Shown here in pieces: positions 1 through 13,083 of a stretch of DNA of 64,000 nucleotides; position 1 is the stretch's first letter; the number at the start of each line of letters is the position of its first letter. The notes beneath the pieces were generated by a model that had not been told where the DNA came from, searched no databases, and saw only the letters and a list, made by a program, of their open reading frames with translations. Position numbers and translations under genes: made by a program. The stretch is from Tricharina praecox (lineage: Eukaryota), in contig NW_026250412.1 of NCBI RefSeq assembly GCF_024521635.1, forward strand, positions 496,001-560,000, in the 5' to 3' direction.

Positions 1-503
1 CAACAGATGCGCAGCAGTGTACCGTGGCCGTTCCCGCGCAAAGTCGGAGATCAGGCACTTCACCGAGAAATCGTCTGGCGTGAGGATATAGATACATTCC
101 ATGGGCTGTGGCACGCGCTTCTCCTCGATCTTCCTCACCTCTGTTGATCCCGCCCGACATCCATCAGCACTCTTTGCCAACACTCGACGACAGTAGCGGC
201 GGCGTACGTACCCGACACTTTCTCGTCCAAAATATGGTGCTCCTCCATCACATTCGTCAACAGCCTGTAGCTCTTTTCGTCGGTGACGACACATCGCCAC
301 TATCCACACTCGTTAGTATGGCAAGGAGAATGTCGAGGGCAGGTTGGGTAGGTAATGCGGACCGTATTCGGGGGGTTTGTAGTCCGTATGGCCTCAATGA
401 CAGCTGAGGAAAGGCACCATTAGTTTGACAGATTCCCAGGGGAGGGTGGGGGATCTTCAAGGTATGTCGTACCGTTCTTCTGGATCTCTAATAGAGAGAC
501 CAT
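1..503 (-). CDS. SEC1: Sec1/Munc18 (SM) family exocytic protein Sec1, 5' part; gene runs off the window start
   Basis: Not in the ORF track. Hand-spliced exons 503-473, 403-363, 299-212 and 140-1 (GT..AG introns) give MVSLLEIQKNAVIEAIRTTNPPNTWRCVVTDEKSYRLLTNVMEEHHILDEKVSEVRKIEEKRVPQPMECIYILTPDDFSVKCLISDFARERPRYTAAHLL. This fits the Sec1 N-terminal pattern (W-x-x-x-V-x-D, IL..., IE..R.P, IY.L.P, L..DF...Y). Confidence 0.85.
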
Positions 504-1587
504 GGTTTCGGAATCTTGTGCTCTCTCTTGCCGACGAGGAAGGGGAGGAGAGCTTCTCTAGCGAACAAAGAGCTTGTGAGGGGGCGGTAAGAGTTCGTGG
601 ATCTGTCGTTGGGGAAAGCAGCTCCACTGAGGGGTTCCGAGGTTCTGGGCGAGAGGAAGGGTAGGAGGGGGTCGTAAAAGGATACGGGATGGGATTATCG
701 TTACAGGAGCAGGCAGACAAGGTGAGTAAGGAATAGGACACTAGTAGTGTAGAGTAGAGTGCTCCAGCCAATTAGAGTAGGTCACAAGCAGATCTCCGTT
801 GAGTTGACGCCAAGATTATTCTGAGAGCCGCTGGGATGAAACGGAGGAACCCAGTAATAGAGAGAGGAATGAGATATTCTATATATCATGTATGATATCA
901 ATATTTCATGATTGATTGATCAACCTAAAGCGATTCTAGAGTTCTCTGAAGCGTTCCAAACGTGGAGAACACGCGGAGAGGATAATGTTTCTATTTAGGT
1001 TCTGGCCATTGCATTGTTCTCACCTGATACTATGGATCAGCCGCTCGCTGGCATGGCCGCGGAAACGTATCGATTTCAGCCCGCGAATCCACGGCCATTT
1101 AAGTGAAACGGCGAATGACGTTTACAACCCATTCCGCATCTCCCCCATACGTGTTAGAGTCCACTCAAAAATACGAATTGGATCAATTGATATCAAACAG
1201 CGGAAGAGAGTACCGAGTCGGCGATACCCAGTGGCCAATGGCCATCTTGCCAGTGGGGACCGCTGAGAATGTCTTGGGCCGACGAGTTCCGATCATTTCA
1301 AGAGCACAGCAGTTTCAGATGCTATCCACACGTTTGTATCTAACAGTTCAAGCTAATTGACATAGCGAAACGGTAGAAGCCCAGCCCACTTCTCCATTAT
1401 TTTTTGTTGCTAAGAACAAAAAGAAAAGCCCTTCATCGCCCATCATCATTAACGCTACACTTAAAGGCCGTATTACATCCTAATGTAGTTCTCCACACCC
1501 ATTTTCCTATGAAACTCCCCAAATTCCGCTCGCTCACTCGCGATTCTATGCGAAGGGTTGATCCGCCGCGCAAAGGATTTTCATGCT

Positions 1588-3821
1588 TTAAGCAGTCAAG
1601 ACACGAAGCCTATGTTAATCTATCAGTTCATCTGGAAATCAAAAGCAGCGCGGACGCTTATATCCCTTCATACTGCCAGCCAGCCAAACAGGCGGGGCAC
1701 GGAAGAGTAGTCGTCTGAGGGATTTGAAACTTACGTGTTGGTGTGGCCCAAACCACCTCTCCAGCCCTGGACGGCAATGACAGTGCTGCCGCCCTCCAAG
1801 ATACCCAGACCCTTAGCTTTGTCCATGCCCCACTTCAACCGCTTGTCAACATCCTCCTGCCAGATAACATTGTTGAAATCGGGCTTCTGCTCGGGGTAGT
1901 GGAAGGGGTACACGCCACGCGACAAGTGCGAGTAGCGGGCAGCAGCGGCGTTGCGAGTGACCATAATGATCGGGCAGGTCGGGCTGTACTTGGAGATAAG
2001 ACGAGCAGTCATACCACTAGGTGCGCCAGATCATCAGCCATGGAACTCAGTATTTGGGGAGGACAAATGAACTCACGAAGTGGAGAGCACAATGATGGCA
2101 CCAGCTCTCTGCTCCATACTGGCACTAACAGCAGCGATGGCGCAAGTCTCGGGGGTGCCGGTAGGGCGGGAGACCAGCGAGCGGAGCTCGTTGAACAGAG
2201 GGGCGTAGGGAATGGCGGTCTCGGCCAACAAGCAGGTCTCGTGCATCATCGACACGGACTCGATGGGGTAGTTGCCCTTGGCGGTCTCTCCGGACAACAT
2301 GACACAATCCGCACCATCGAGAACGGCGTTTCCTACGTCAGAAACCTCGGCCCGAGTGGGACGGGGGTTGTAGGTCATCGACTCGAGCATCTGAGTGGCA
2401 CAGATGATGGGCTTTCCGGCCAAGTTGCACTTCGCGATCATCATCTTCTGCGCAATGAACACCTGCGCCGGGGGAATCTCGATACCGAGATCACCACGGG
2501 CAACCATAACACCGTCAGTCTGCTTGAGAATCTCGTCGAAGTTGTTAACACCCTGCTGGTTCTCGATCTTGGCGATGATCTGGATATCCTTTCCGTCCTC
2601 ACCGAGGACCTCACGGATGGCAGCAATGTCGGATCCCTTGCGGATGAACGAAGCGAAGACCATGTCGACCTTGTTCTTGACACCGAATCGGAGATCGGCC
2701 TTGTCCTTCTCGGACAGAGGAGGAAGGTCGACATCGGTCTTGGGAAGGTTAACACCCTTCTTGGAAGAGATCTTTCCGTTGTTCAAGCACTTGACCTTGA
2801 TGGTCTTCTCATCAACGACCTCCAAGACCTGGAAAGACAGAACACCATCGTCAACGTAGATGATGCGGCCAGCCTCGATGACCTTGGTGATGTTCTTGTA
2901 ATCGACGTACCTGCGGTCGTCAGCGCGGTACTACAGCGTAGAGGAGAACCAGCAGTATCAAGCTTACATGATCTTGTCGTCGCAAGTGGTGGCATATTGG
3001 TCGTCGGTGGAGATAATCATTTCCGTGCCAGCGGAAATGGGAAAATCTTCATCACCCTTGGTGTTTCCAGTACGGATCTCGGGTCCTTTCTGTGCAGCCG
3101 TCAGCATACGAGTTCGCCGAATAGCGAACCACGGAATTGGGTAGCACTCACAGTGTCCAGAGCAATGGCAACGGGACGTCCTTGGTACTCCTTCTCGGCC
3201 TGGTGAGTGTTGTCGATAACGCTTTGGTGGTACTAGACGATCGGAGCTCTCGTCAGCCACAACATCCAGGAGGTATGACGCAGGGTGGGAAGTAGCGGCA
3301 AGCTAGGCGTAAAGGGGAATATCGAGATGCATCCCCCACCATAAGCTCACTACTACCCCGCAGCCCTCAAAACCACGACAAAGCAGAGCAGAACATTGCA
3401 ATGAAGGAGGATCAAGTAAATACCTCGTAAGAACCGTGAGAAAAGTTCATACGGACGATGTTCAGTCCAGCTATTGCATAACATGATGAGCGAACCGGAT
3501 CCAAATCGTGCGCCAGCTACTACCAGGAGTCTGCGAGCTGATGGATACCTTGACGGAGCTTGTTAATCATCTCCACGGAGTTAGTCTTGGGACCTATTCA
3601 CGATGCGCTGTCAGCAAATGGATACACAAACACATATATCCAACGGTGCACGGAGAACGGCGCAGGTATGAGCCCGGAAGAAGGGAAAGCGGGGTGGGTG
3701 GTAGCATACCAATCGTGCAGATGATGGACGTCCGCCTGTAGTTGTTCTTAGGGCGGTTGTCGACATTGAGCCTGCTCAACCACTCGTAGTGGGTGCTAAC
3801 GTTCTCGTTGGCGTAGGACAT
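1588..3821 (-). CDS. PYK1: Pyruvate kinase (8 exons)
   Basis: Exons about 3821-3710, 3594-3549, 3470-3424, 3232-3152, 3090-2968, 2910-2077, 2016-1736 and 1609-1588. Motifs [73 protein letters not shown] and C-terminal GHTNTLRVLTA*. Confidence 0.98.
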
Positions 3822-5922
3822 GATGGCGGTGGTAGGAGGGATGTAGGAGGGCGAAGAGGATGTGTGAGGAGGGTGAAGAGAAGGAGAAGGAAGAGGAAGA
3901 GAGAGAAGTTGGGGATGGAGGGTGGCGGAGGAGGAGGAGGTGATGGTGGGAGAGATTGACTTTTTTTCTTTGGCGGGCGATATGAGGGGTTCCTTTTAGC
4001 TCCCAAGATGGTGCTATGGTCATGTTTGTTGTTTTGAGAAATATATGCGCTAGTTGTCATGGCGGCTTCATCTGTGTCTTCTCCCGCAGCAACGAGGGCT
4101 CGATAACTACGGCTGACGTCGTGTCCGGCCATCTGGCCTAGTTTCGTTTCCTCTCGCCTCATGGCCACACACAGCTTCTATCCAGTCCGTCGACAAATCG
4201 GCATGCTTACCCCCACCACGGTGAGGAGAGTATAAGACATTCTATTCCACCGTGTAGATCTCATGCCTCTATCTGCCGAGTCTTGCGGTGCGTATTTTGT
4301 AACAGATACCAAACGCCAGACCAGACCAGCGCGAAGAAATAAAACACCATCAAGGATATCTAATTCCTAAAAGCAGTGTGTAAGCCGCAGGCGGCGCCCT
4401 ATCCAACTAGTCCTGATGCATCATCGGCGAGCTCCATCAGCTAGACCGTGGGACATCTAAAAAATCCCCAAGAACGGCGAGAAAGAAAAAAAAAATCCAA
4501 GGTGCAGAAAATTTACGTACATTTTCCGAAAAAGAAGGAAAGGTGTGGGGACAACATCTTGTTGAGGAAAACCCAGTCTTCAGTTACACACGGGCTCACA
4601 GGACTGGCTGTTTGACAACGACCGTCTCATGGCCGACCTAATTAGCGACAGATAAGGAACCCCTCCCCGGCCGCCACGGCTCTCGCGCCACCCGCGGATG
4701 CAACTCCGAGTTTGAAACTTCAAGTTCATCCCCGCCTCGGCGAGCACCACCAATCCCCGACCCCCGACCCCGCCGTACGCGTGTCCGATGTCTCGGGCTT
4801 TCAAGATAGTTCCTGCATGATGGGGGTGATGAGTATGTAAAGTCATCGCGGCCAGCGGACCAGCATCCGGAAAAAAATCCTCGCAGAACGGGCAGCAAAT
4901 GGCCGGAGAGTGTGTAACCGCAGAGCACTGGACAGAAGGTTGACGACACTTGGCACGGCCGGTCACTCTACCTACGGAAGGCTCGAGCGGTGTTAGCCCA
5001 AAGGGTTGACCTCGGAACTCAAATACATCTATTCCCAGTAGTAATGGCTCCTCTAAGAGGGGGTGGAAAGGTCTTGAGATGCATGTGTGATGCCCAGTGA
5101 GGTCACAACACAATTTTTGCAATGATACGAGTGATCATACGTGACTGTCGGTCGTCGGCTTCAGCATCCGCTGTAGATCCTCAACTCTACACAGGCCGTT
5201 GACATGAACAAGTCCAAAAGTATAGCAAAACCACTGATTATCATGCAAGCCTCACCCACTACCGTGGTCCCTTCATACGGCCAGCCCTACATAGAGTAGG
5301 TCGGTGGAGTGTCTCGGTCCCCATCACTCCGAAGCCTAAGCCGACGTCAACTCAGCCCTACGATCTACCGCCAGGTAAGATACGCCAGGTACGGTCGATC
5401 CGCCTCAGGGTATCCGGACAACTAGGAAAGCTTATTTGTTTGTGGGGAAAGTTTCTGTTTGGCTGTTCATGGGGCCAGGCGAACGTTAACAGTTTCGGAA
5501 ATCGGGCATCGGGATCCTCGGGAACGTTCGGCTGACGATGGCCTGCTATCCGTCGAACCGGGAAAACTATACCACTCGCTTGCGGCCGCTAGATTGGCGA
5601 TTCTCGGATCTCTTGTGCCTGTTCGCCATACGTGATGACGGGAAAGCTGTTTTACATGTGTTTATCATATGCCCTAGTGGCCACTGGTGCTGATACTTGA
5701 TCCGCCTTTGCTGCAGATGACGGCCTGCCCAGTGAAGAATCAAGATGTGTGCATGCTCCAGATTCAAGTTACGACCCTCTTCGTGATTACCCAGCTATAA
5801 TATACACATCTCCTTCCAATCTCCAATGAGAAGCCGTCGGCCAGTCCAATTCGCTCCAAACCCCGTAAGTAAAAAAACATGTCAAGTACTTTAGCGGAAA
5901 AAATTCAGTCTATCACCTCCGT

Positions 5923-8824
5923 TCATTCCAGCTCTTTAACAACCGCATGCAATATTTCCTCCGAGTTCTTGAATCTTGCACGCGGATCCTTCGCAACCCT
6001 CTGCCACACCTCACCATGCCGTGGCTCGGTGATCGAGAGTTTAACCAGCACATCCGCGCGCTTCTCCTCACTGCCGTGTTGGGCCAAGAACTTCCAGTAC
6101 CACGCCCAGGTGTCGCCATAGTCCGGGTCCACGAGGATTGCCTTCTCAAACCAGTTCATAGCCTTGGGAAGCTTTCGTTCCGCCCAGAAGTTGCGGGCAA
6201 CGGCGACATAGAGGATGGGATCGTTGCCAACTTTCTCGATAGCTTCGACTAGTCGTGGGCGACGGTGGGTGCGCGCTTCAAGATACCATACACTCTCCGC
6301 CCATAGAAGTCCGCTGTGCGGGCACTCTTGCAGAGCCTTTGCCATGAGCGTCTTTGCTTGTGTGGGGTTGTTGCCGCGGCGCTCGATGCGGACGGATTCG
6401 CACCAGAGCTCGGGGCATTTGGGCACGGCGAGGCGAGCGCGGTCGAGGATGGAACGGGCGCGGACTAAAACACCGGCTTTTTCTTCGAGACGCGCAAGGA
6501 GGAGCCATAGTGGTGCCGACTTGGGACAGGTTTTGGTACCGGCGTTGTAGGCTTCTCGAGCAGGTGGGAGTTTGTTCTCGGATTCATATATTTGGCCTTT
6601 CATCATCCATAGCTTGTCAGCTTTGGGATAGAGTTGTAGACCCTCGTTGACAAGTTCGAGGGCGGCGTCGGTGTTGCCCTGTTGTCGTTCGAACGCCACG
6701 CTCTTGATCCATACTCTGTCGGTACCTGCTTCCCGTCGTGCCGTGGCGAGGAGTGTTCGTGCAGCCTCATGTTGTTGGTTCTCCGCCTCGAGTTTGACGG
6801 CGGCAAGCCAGATGTCTTCGTTGTTGGGGTTCTGGCTGAATGCCTTCCCGAGGACGACACGGGCGCCGTCGATTTCACCGGCTTGCCACTTCTCCTTAGC
6901 GAGCATCATCCACAGGATCTCGCTCTGTGGACACGCCTCGACTGCTTTTTCGAGAAGACTCCACAGCGCTTCCTTCGTACCGTGGTTCTTCTCCAATTCT
7001 GCGGCGGCGCGCCAGATGCTCTTTTTGGTGTAGAAGACTCGCAGAGCATAGGCGTAGATTGCTCGTGCAGTTTCGTATCTGCCGCGGGAGATGCTGGCTT
7101 CGGCGTCATCCATCCAGATCTTTTTACGGCCGTCGTCTTCTTCCAATTGCCAGCCAAGGGTTTCACGGATGATGGAATGACAGGTTTCCACCGCTCCCTC
7201 TTCTTCGCATTTCTCAGCTTCCTTAATCCAGTCCTCACGGGACAACATGGCTTCCACACGCGCGAGTGCTTGGACGGCACGTTTCATAACGTTGATCTTG
7301 TTCGCATTGCCTTGCTGCTCCTGGAGTCTTGCGGCGGCCAACCAAATCTCATGGCTTGTTGGGATGGCTTTGCGGGCTTTGTTGAGGACGGCCTGCGCAT
7401 TCTCAAATGTCTCCAAACGGGCCAATGCCAGCCACAACTCCACACTCAGAGGGATAAGTTCCACCGCACGAGCCAGCAGGATCTTAGCATCATTCGGATC
7501 TGCCTCCAGTTTGACTGCCTCCTTCCACAGCATTACCGACTGCGGAATGATATCCAGCGCCTTTCTGATGACCTTCTTTTTCGCTCTGGGATCAGTTTCC
7601 AGCTTCATAGCTTCCACCCACAATCGCACCGCCTTCGGGTTGTGTTTCACCGCATTTGCTGCAATGATTTTGGCGTTATGGACTTCATTCAATCGCATCG
7701 CTTCTAGCCACACATCCTCATTCTTGGGACAATGTTCGCAACCACGCTGCATGATCGTCCGCGCAGCCACCATCTTTCCCGCCACCTCCTCCAATCTCGC
7801 AGCGGCAATCCAGCCCGGTCCATGCTTGGGGTTGGTACGGATAACACTCTCCAACAGTTCGCGTACACGTTTGATGTCGCCGATCTGCTCAGCGCTCTGC
7901 GTAGTATTCCGTGACAAGCTGGTGAGATATCCCTTGGGGTCGATATTGGTCGAGCCTGATGCTGAATCGCTCGTGCTCGTCCCAGATATACTCCGATCCA
8001 GCCTCGCCTCGAGCACCTTCGTCTTCGCCTTTCCAATGTTGACGAAATTCGTCATCGTACCATCGACCTGATCTTGACTCGCCGAGGAAGGCGCTCCATC
8101 CTCTTGTACGGATGTCTCGAACTCCGATCCACTGACTGCACCGGCAAGCACCGAGTCTGGTGTAGGATAGAATTTCTGTCGCATGGCTTGCCTTGCGCGG
8201 CGATTCCGACCAGTCAAATCTCCAACCTCCGGTAGATTCGCCCACTCGTCGTCGCTGACGGTGGACAGCGCTCGCTTCAAGTCGGCAAACTGCTGCTGAA
8301 TCTTCGGGTTCATCGCTTCGTATTCCTCTCGCTCGGCCTTTTCTCTCAGCTCCCTAACGCGCCGCAAAAAATCTCGTCGGTAAACGTATTCCATCTAAAG
8401 TAAAGATCACACACAGACGGGATAAACAAAGTACCGTAGAAATGGTATAGTGGGGGAGGTAGTACCTTTGAGTTTTCCGCCGCTTCTCCATTTTCTCGTC
8501 GACCGTTTGGTATATCCTATCGGCCTCGTCGTCGTCTTCATCGTACGCGCCGCCGGCAAACAGCCCGACTTCATTCTCAGGATCTTGGAAGCGGGGGTCG
8601 TCGTCGTCGTCATCGTCCTTTTTCTTGTCGGCGCCGTAGGCAGTGGGAGGCGCGAGACCTTGAGCTTCCGCCCGCCGTGCGAGAGCTGCCTTGATTGCCT
8701 CTTCCGACGGTCCTTCCCGTGCAGGGCCGATATCGGATCGGGTGGTGAAGCCGGTGGCACCACGGCCCAATCCGGCGACGTAGTTTGCCGGCGCTTCTTG
8801 CTCGAGGAAGTTGCGTTTCGACAT
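5923..8824 (-). CDS. PRP6: Pre-mRNA splicing factor Prp6 (U4/U6.U5 tri-snRNP, HAT/TPR repeats; S. pombe Prp1)
   Basis: Exon 1 8824-8466 (MSKRNFLEQEAPANYVAGLGRGATGFTTRSDIGPAREG, the PRP1_N motif), intron 8465-8354, exon 2 8353-5923 with TNPKHGPGWIAAARLEE and many HAT repeats. Confidence 0.97.
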
Positions 8825-9058
8825 TGATGGGTGTTTCGGGGGTGTTGTTGGATCTTTCACGCGAAGAGCTGGAAACTGGTGACACGCGGAGATGGCGGGT
8901 TCAAGAGGGTTCTCAATGCCAGTCGCTTACCCTGTGTAATGGTGTAGCTTAAGCCTGGGCACTGACAGGGAACCGCATTAGCTTTGCTCCGAGTTTCACT
9001 TTTTTTTTTGAAGAAACACCTCGAAACGGCGATATTCGATTAGACAGCCCAAACAGCC

Positions 9059-12000
9059 ATGGTCAAGTCATATCTGTATGCCAAACCCTTTCCTCACCCT
9101 CCGAACTGCCCGTTAACAAAATTTTGTGAAATTACAGCCGGTGGGAACACCTAAAAACCTTCGGTGTTGTCGCCTCTGGCACCGCGAACGCCGTCTGGAC
9201 ACCCGAACCCTCTACCACGGCCGCCACAACGCGTACCACGGCCGCAGGTCGCGCAGTTGTCCCCGCAAACGAAGAAGTGCTCACCTGGGATATCAAGAAG
9301 GGCGAGCTTCTCTCCCGCTGGAACGACCCCAAGAACAAGTCGGAGGTGTCGGTGATCTCGCAGAGCAGGACGGACAGCGATATATTTGCGGTCGGTTACG
9401 TCGATGGGTCTATTCGCCTGTGGGATTCGAAGACGGGAACGGTTGTGATCTCGTTCAATGGGCACAAATCTGCGGTTTCGGCACTAGCGTGGGACGAGAG
9501 CGGCACCAGACTGGCGAGTGGTGGGCGCGATGCACATATCATTGTGTGGGACTTGATTGCGGAAGTGGGGTTATACCGTCTTCGTGGACATAAGGATCAG
9601 ATTACCGGACTACAATTCCTGCGGCATTCGGAGGACGATGGGGACCATAAGATGCGGGATGCGGCGGACGGCGGCGGCTGGATTCTCAGTACTGGAAAGG
9701 ACACTCTGATCAAGTTGTGGGATCTGTCTACGCAACATTGCGTGGAGACACATGTGGCACACCACGGAGAGTGCTGGACCATGGCGCTCATGCCGGACCA
9801 CCGGGGGTGTATCACTGCAGGCCAAGACGGAGAGATGAAGGTATGGTCAATCGACACGGAGAATCTCGAATCGCGCGCGAGTAGTGGCATGGATTGTCTG
9901 GTCGACCGGGGAACACTATATCGGCAGATCAGAGACCGAACAGCATCAATAAATTTCCATCCGGATGGAAACTTCTTTGCGGTGCATGGCATCGACAAGA
10001 ATGTGGAGGTCTGGCGGATACGAAATGCAGATGAGGTACAGAAAGCGATGAAGCGGAAACGGAAGCGCAAGGAGCAAAAGGGCGAGAAGTTGGAAGATGA
10101 GGGAATAATGGCGGCAAGCATAGGGGATATATTTGTCTCTTATGTGGTGGTACGGTCTGGTGGGAAAGTGAAGAGCGTAGATTGGGCGGTGAAGCCTCGG
10201 AGCAAGAGCTCTGATCTGGAACTGCTCATATCTTGCACTAACAACTCGTTGGAATTCTACACTATCCAGAAGCAAGGAGAAAAGAAAACCGCGGAGTTAC
10301 CTGAGTACAATAAGCTATATTCCGTTGAGCTCCCAGGACACAGAACAGATATCCGGTCGGTGTCATTGAGCACAGATGATCGAATGTTGGCATCCGCGTC
10401 AAATGGCTCTTTGAAGATATGGAACGTAAGGACGGGGATATGTATTAGGACATTCGAATGCGGTTACGCTCTATGCTGTTCCTTCCTGCCCGGTGACAAG
10501 ATTGTGAGCCCTTCCTTGAACCCTTCTTACGGTGTCTCGAGTTGCTAACCAGACGAAATAGGTCGTAGTGGGAACCAAGACCGGAGAAATTGAGATGTTT
10601 GATGTGGCATCGTCACAACTGATCGAGACCATCAATGCCCATGAGGGTGCAGTGTGGGCCTTGCAAGTCCACCCGGATGGAAAGAGCATGGTGACCAGCA
10701 GCGCCGACAAGTCTGCAAAATTCTGGGATTTCCAAGTTGTAGAGGAAGAGATCCCAGGAACAAAGGTCAGCGAGAATCACCTATATGGATACATCTAGAT
10801 TTGCTAACAGCTCTCCAGAGAACTACGCCACGGCTGAGACTCAAGCAGACCCGCGTCCTGAAAGTCACCGATGACGTTCTGAGTGTCTGCTACTCTCCCA
10901 ATGGAAAGCTCCTTGCCCTGGCGCTGCTCGACAACACCGTCAAAGTCTTCTTCACCGACACCCTAAAACATCTCCTCAACTTGTACGGACACAAGCTGCC
11001 CGTGCTGAACATGGACATCTCTCACGACTCGAAGCTGATCGCCACATGTTCCGCAGACAAGAACGTCAAAATCTGGGGTCTTGACTTCGGTGATTGCCAC
11101 AAAAGTTTCTTTGCTCACCAGGACTCAATCATGCAGGTCAAGTTCGAGAAGAACTCGCACAACTTTTTCTCCGCTAGTAAAGATAAGTTGATCAAGTACT
11201 GGGATGGTGATAAGTTTGAGCATATCATGAAGCTTGAAGGCCATTTCGGAGAGGTGCTTGCGCTTGCGGCTGGTAAGTCCAGTGATATCATTGTCAGTGC
11301 GAGTCACGACAAGAGTATCCGAGTATGGGAGCAAACCGACGAGCCTGTAAGTTGACTGCATAGCAAATGCTAGAATGCTCACTAACAGTGTCACCAGATA
11401 TTCCTCGAGGAAGAGCGGGAGAAAGAACTCGAAGAACTCTATGAGACCACTCTTACCACATCCCTTGAGGGCGAAGGTGAGGATGGTGAAGCAACCTCCG
11501 CCGGAAAGCAGACCTTGGAGACTCTCACGGCGGGAGAGAACATCATGGAAGCGCTTGAACTGGGTATCAACGATCTTGCTTTGATGAAGGAGTACTACGC
11601 CGCGAAGGAGTCAACACCAAACCTTGCCATGCCACCAAGAAATGCGCTGTACATCGCACTCGGCGGGATAAGTGCGGAGAGGCATGTGCTCGATGTTGTC
11701 AGGAAGATCAAGGCAGCAAGCTTGCAGGATGCTTTGCTAGTTTTGCCGTTCGATAAGGCTGTGGATATGCTCACTTTCCTTGACATCTTTGCTGAAAGAG
11801 TATAGGCTTCTTCGTAAAATGCATTCGCTTCATTACTGACGCGGTTTCTAGGAATGGAATATCCCTCTCGCCTGTCGCGTCCTCTTCTTCCTCCTCAAGA
11901 CACATCACAAACAGATCGTGGCGAGCAAGACGATGAGGAACATGCTGGATAGTATACGCGGTCATCTGCGGGCAGCGCTGAAACACCAAAAGGATGAAAT

Positions 12001-12139
12001 GGGCTTCAACCTTGCGGCAGTGCGATACATCAAGGGTGGTGTCGACGCGAAGAAATCCAAGAACTTTATAGACGAGGAGGAGTTCAAGGACATGGAGGAG
12101 CGCAACAAGAAGAAGCGTGGATTTGCAACTTTGGCATAA
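9059..12139 (+). CDS. DIP2: U3 snoRNP/SSU processome WD40 protein Dip2/Utp12 (WDR3)
   Basis: Starts MVKSYL|RWEH. Introns about 9076-9138, 10504-10561, 10766-10818, 11347-11397 and 11800-11851. Multiple WD repeats ([43 protein letters not shown]) and a C-terminal Utp12-like region ([27 protein letters not shown]). Confidence 0.95.
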
Positions 12140-12309
12140 GAAAGGAAGCGGACGGAACCATATTTCGGTGTAATATAGATGTAGTCCGGTGCGTTATTAC
12201 AAAAGTTCAAACATTTCCACCACTGTCATCATTGTCATTGTCGCAAGAACAGAACACCAGACGCCGATGCCACCACTATTAAATACACATCCCCTAACCA
12301 GGTATCCCT

Positions 12310-12698
12310 TCATGCCCGCACAAGATTGTAGAATAGCGTCCATGTCAACACGAAAGAGAAGAATGAATTCGTTCCGAACACCTCATGCGCCCAGATGTCG
12401 AATTGGCTTTGGAAGTAGCTTTTTGGCGCGCGGTCGGCGATGAGGAGGAGCATGAGTACTCCGACAAATAAGCTGCCCACGAGGTAGAAGATAAACCCCA
12501 CGAGCGACTCGAGGCCGAGGATACCCGCTGCGACACCGAGGACGGAGGATGTGAGGGAGCGAATGTCGGTTATCGTCTGGCGCCGAGTTAGCTAACTGGG
12601 AGCTGTCTCGGTCTCCGGTATGTTACCTTGGTGTTGTGCATGACATTTTCCACGACCAGCGGGGTGATTTGGAGCTCCCGTTCTTCAGTAAGCGACAT
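12310..12698 (-). CDS. EMC6: ER membrane protein complex subunit 6 (Rab5-interacting protein family)
   Basis: Exon 1 12698-12627 (MSLTEERELQITPLVVENVMHNTK), intron 12626-12577, exon 2 TITDIRSLTSSVLGVAAGILGLES...FFSFVLTWTLFYNLVRA*. AAGILGLES and FVLTWTLFY are EMC6 signatures. Confidence 0.9.
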
Positions 12699-12862
12699 TT
12701 TGAATGGTGTGGTTGAAGGGTTGAAGGATTGAAAGCGGCGGGTTGAAGGTGTTGCTGTGATGAGGTTGATGGTTTCGTGGAGTTGAATGGCTGCTGCAGG
12801 TTAACTCGGTGGAACAGAGGCAAGCGTGACGTTGTTTGACGTTGATTGGCTAGAGTACAAGA

Positions 12863-12870
12863 TCACGTGA
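12863..12870. promoter_or_regulatory. TCACGTGA E-box (Cbf1-type bHLH site) in the divergent EMC6/TAF1 promoter
   Basis: Perfect palindrome TCACGTGA in the 385-bp interval between two divergent start codons. Function is inferred. Confidence 0.4.
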
Positions 12871-13083
12871 GGACAATCACCAAAAACGCGCGCTAGCACT
12901 ACGCAATAGTCTTGGCACATTTTGTGGGCGGCAACTCGACGACAGCTTCAATATCTCCTCCGAAACTCTCCCAATTCAGCAACACGACACACACTACGAC
13001 ACACACAACCTCAATCGACACGACACACACTGCGACCACACAACCCCAATCGACCCCAATCCACACGAGACGAGCGCGCGACG

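Noticed and set aside
1540-1735. Cryptic peroxisomal (PTS1) isoform of pyruvate kinase via readthrough or an alternative last-intron acceptor
   Set aside because: The stop is TAA-AGC, and neither the readthrough frame (…QPFA*) nor the alternative acceptor product (…RPRCF*) ends in an SKL-like tripeptide.
1743-3206. 487-aa plus-strand ORF
   Set aside because: Antisense shadow of the codon-biased pyruvate kinase gene. The long antisense ORFs over PRP6, TAF1 and RPS3 were rejected for the same reason.
4200-5800. Possible ncRNA (RNase MRP-like ACACGGGCTCA near 4590, Sm-like AATTTTTG near 5112) or the 180-aa ORF 4580-5122
   Set aside because: The partner conserved regions are missing and the ORF has no recognisable family or codon bias. 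More likely the pyruvate kinase promoter. An Infernal/Rfam scan would settle it.
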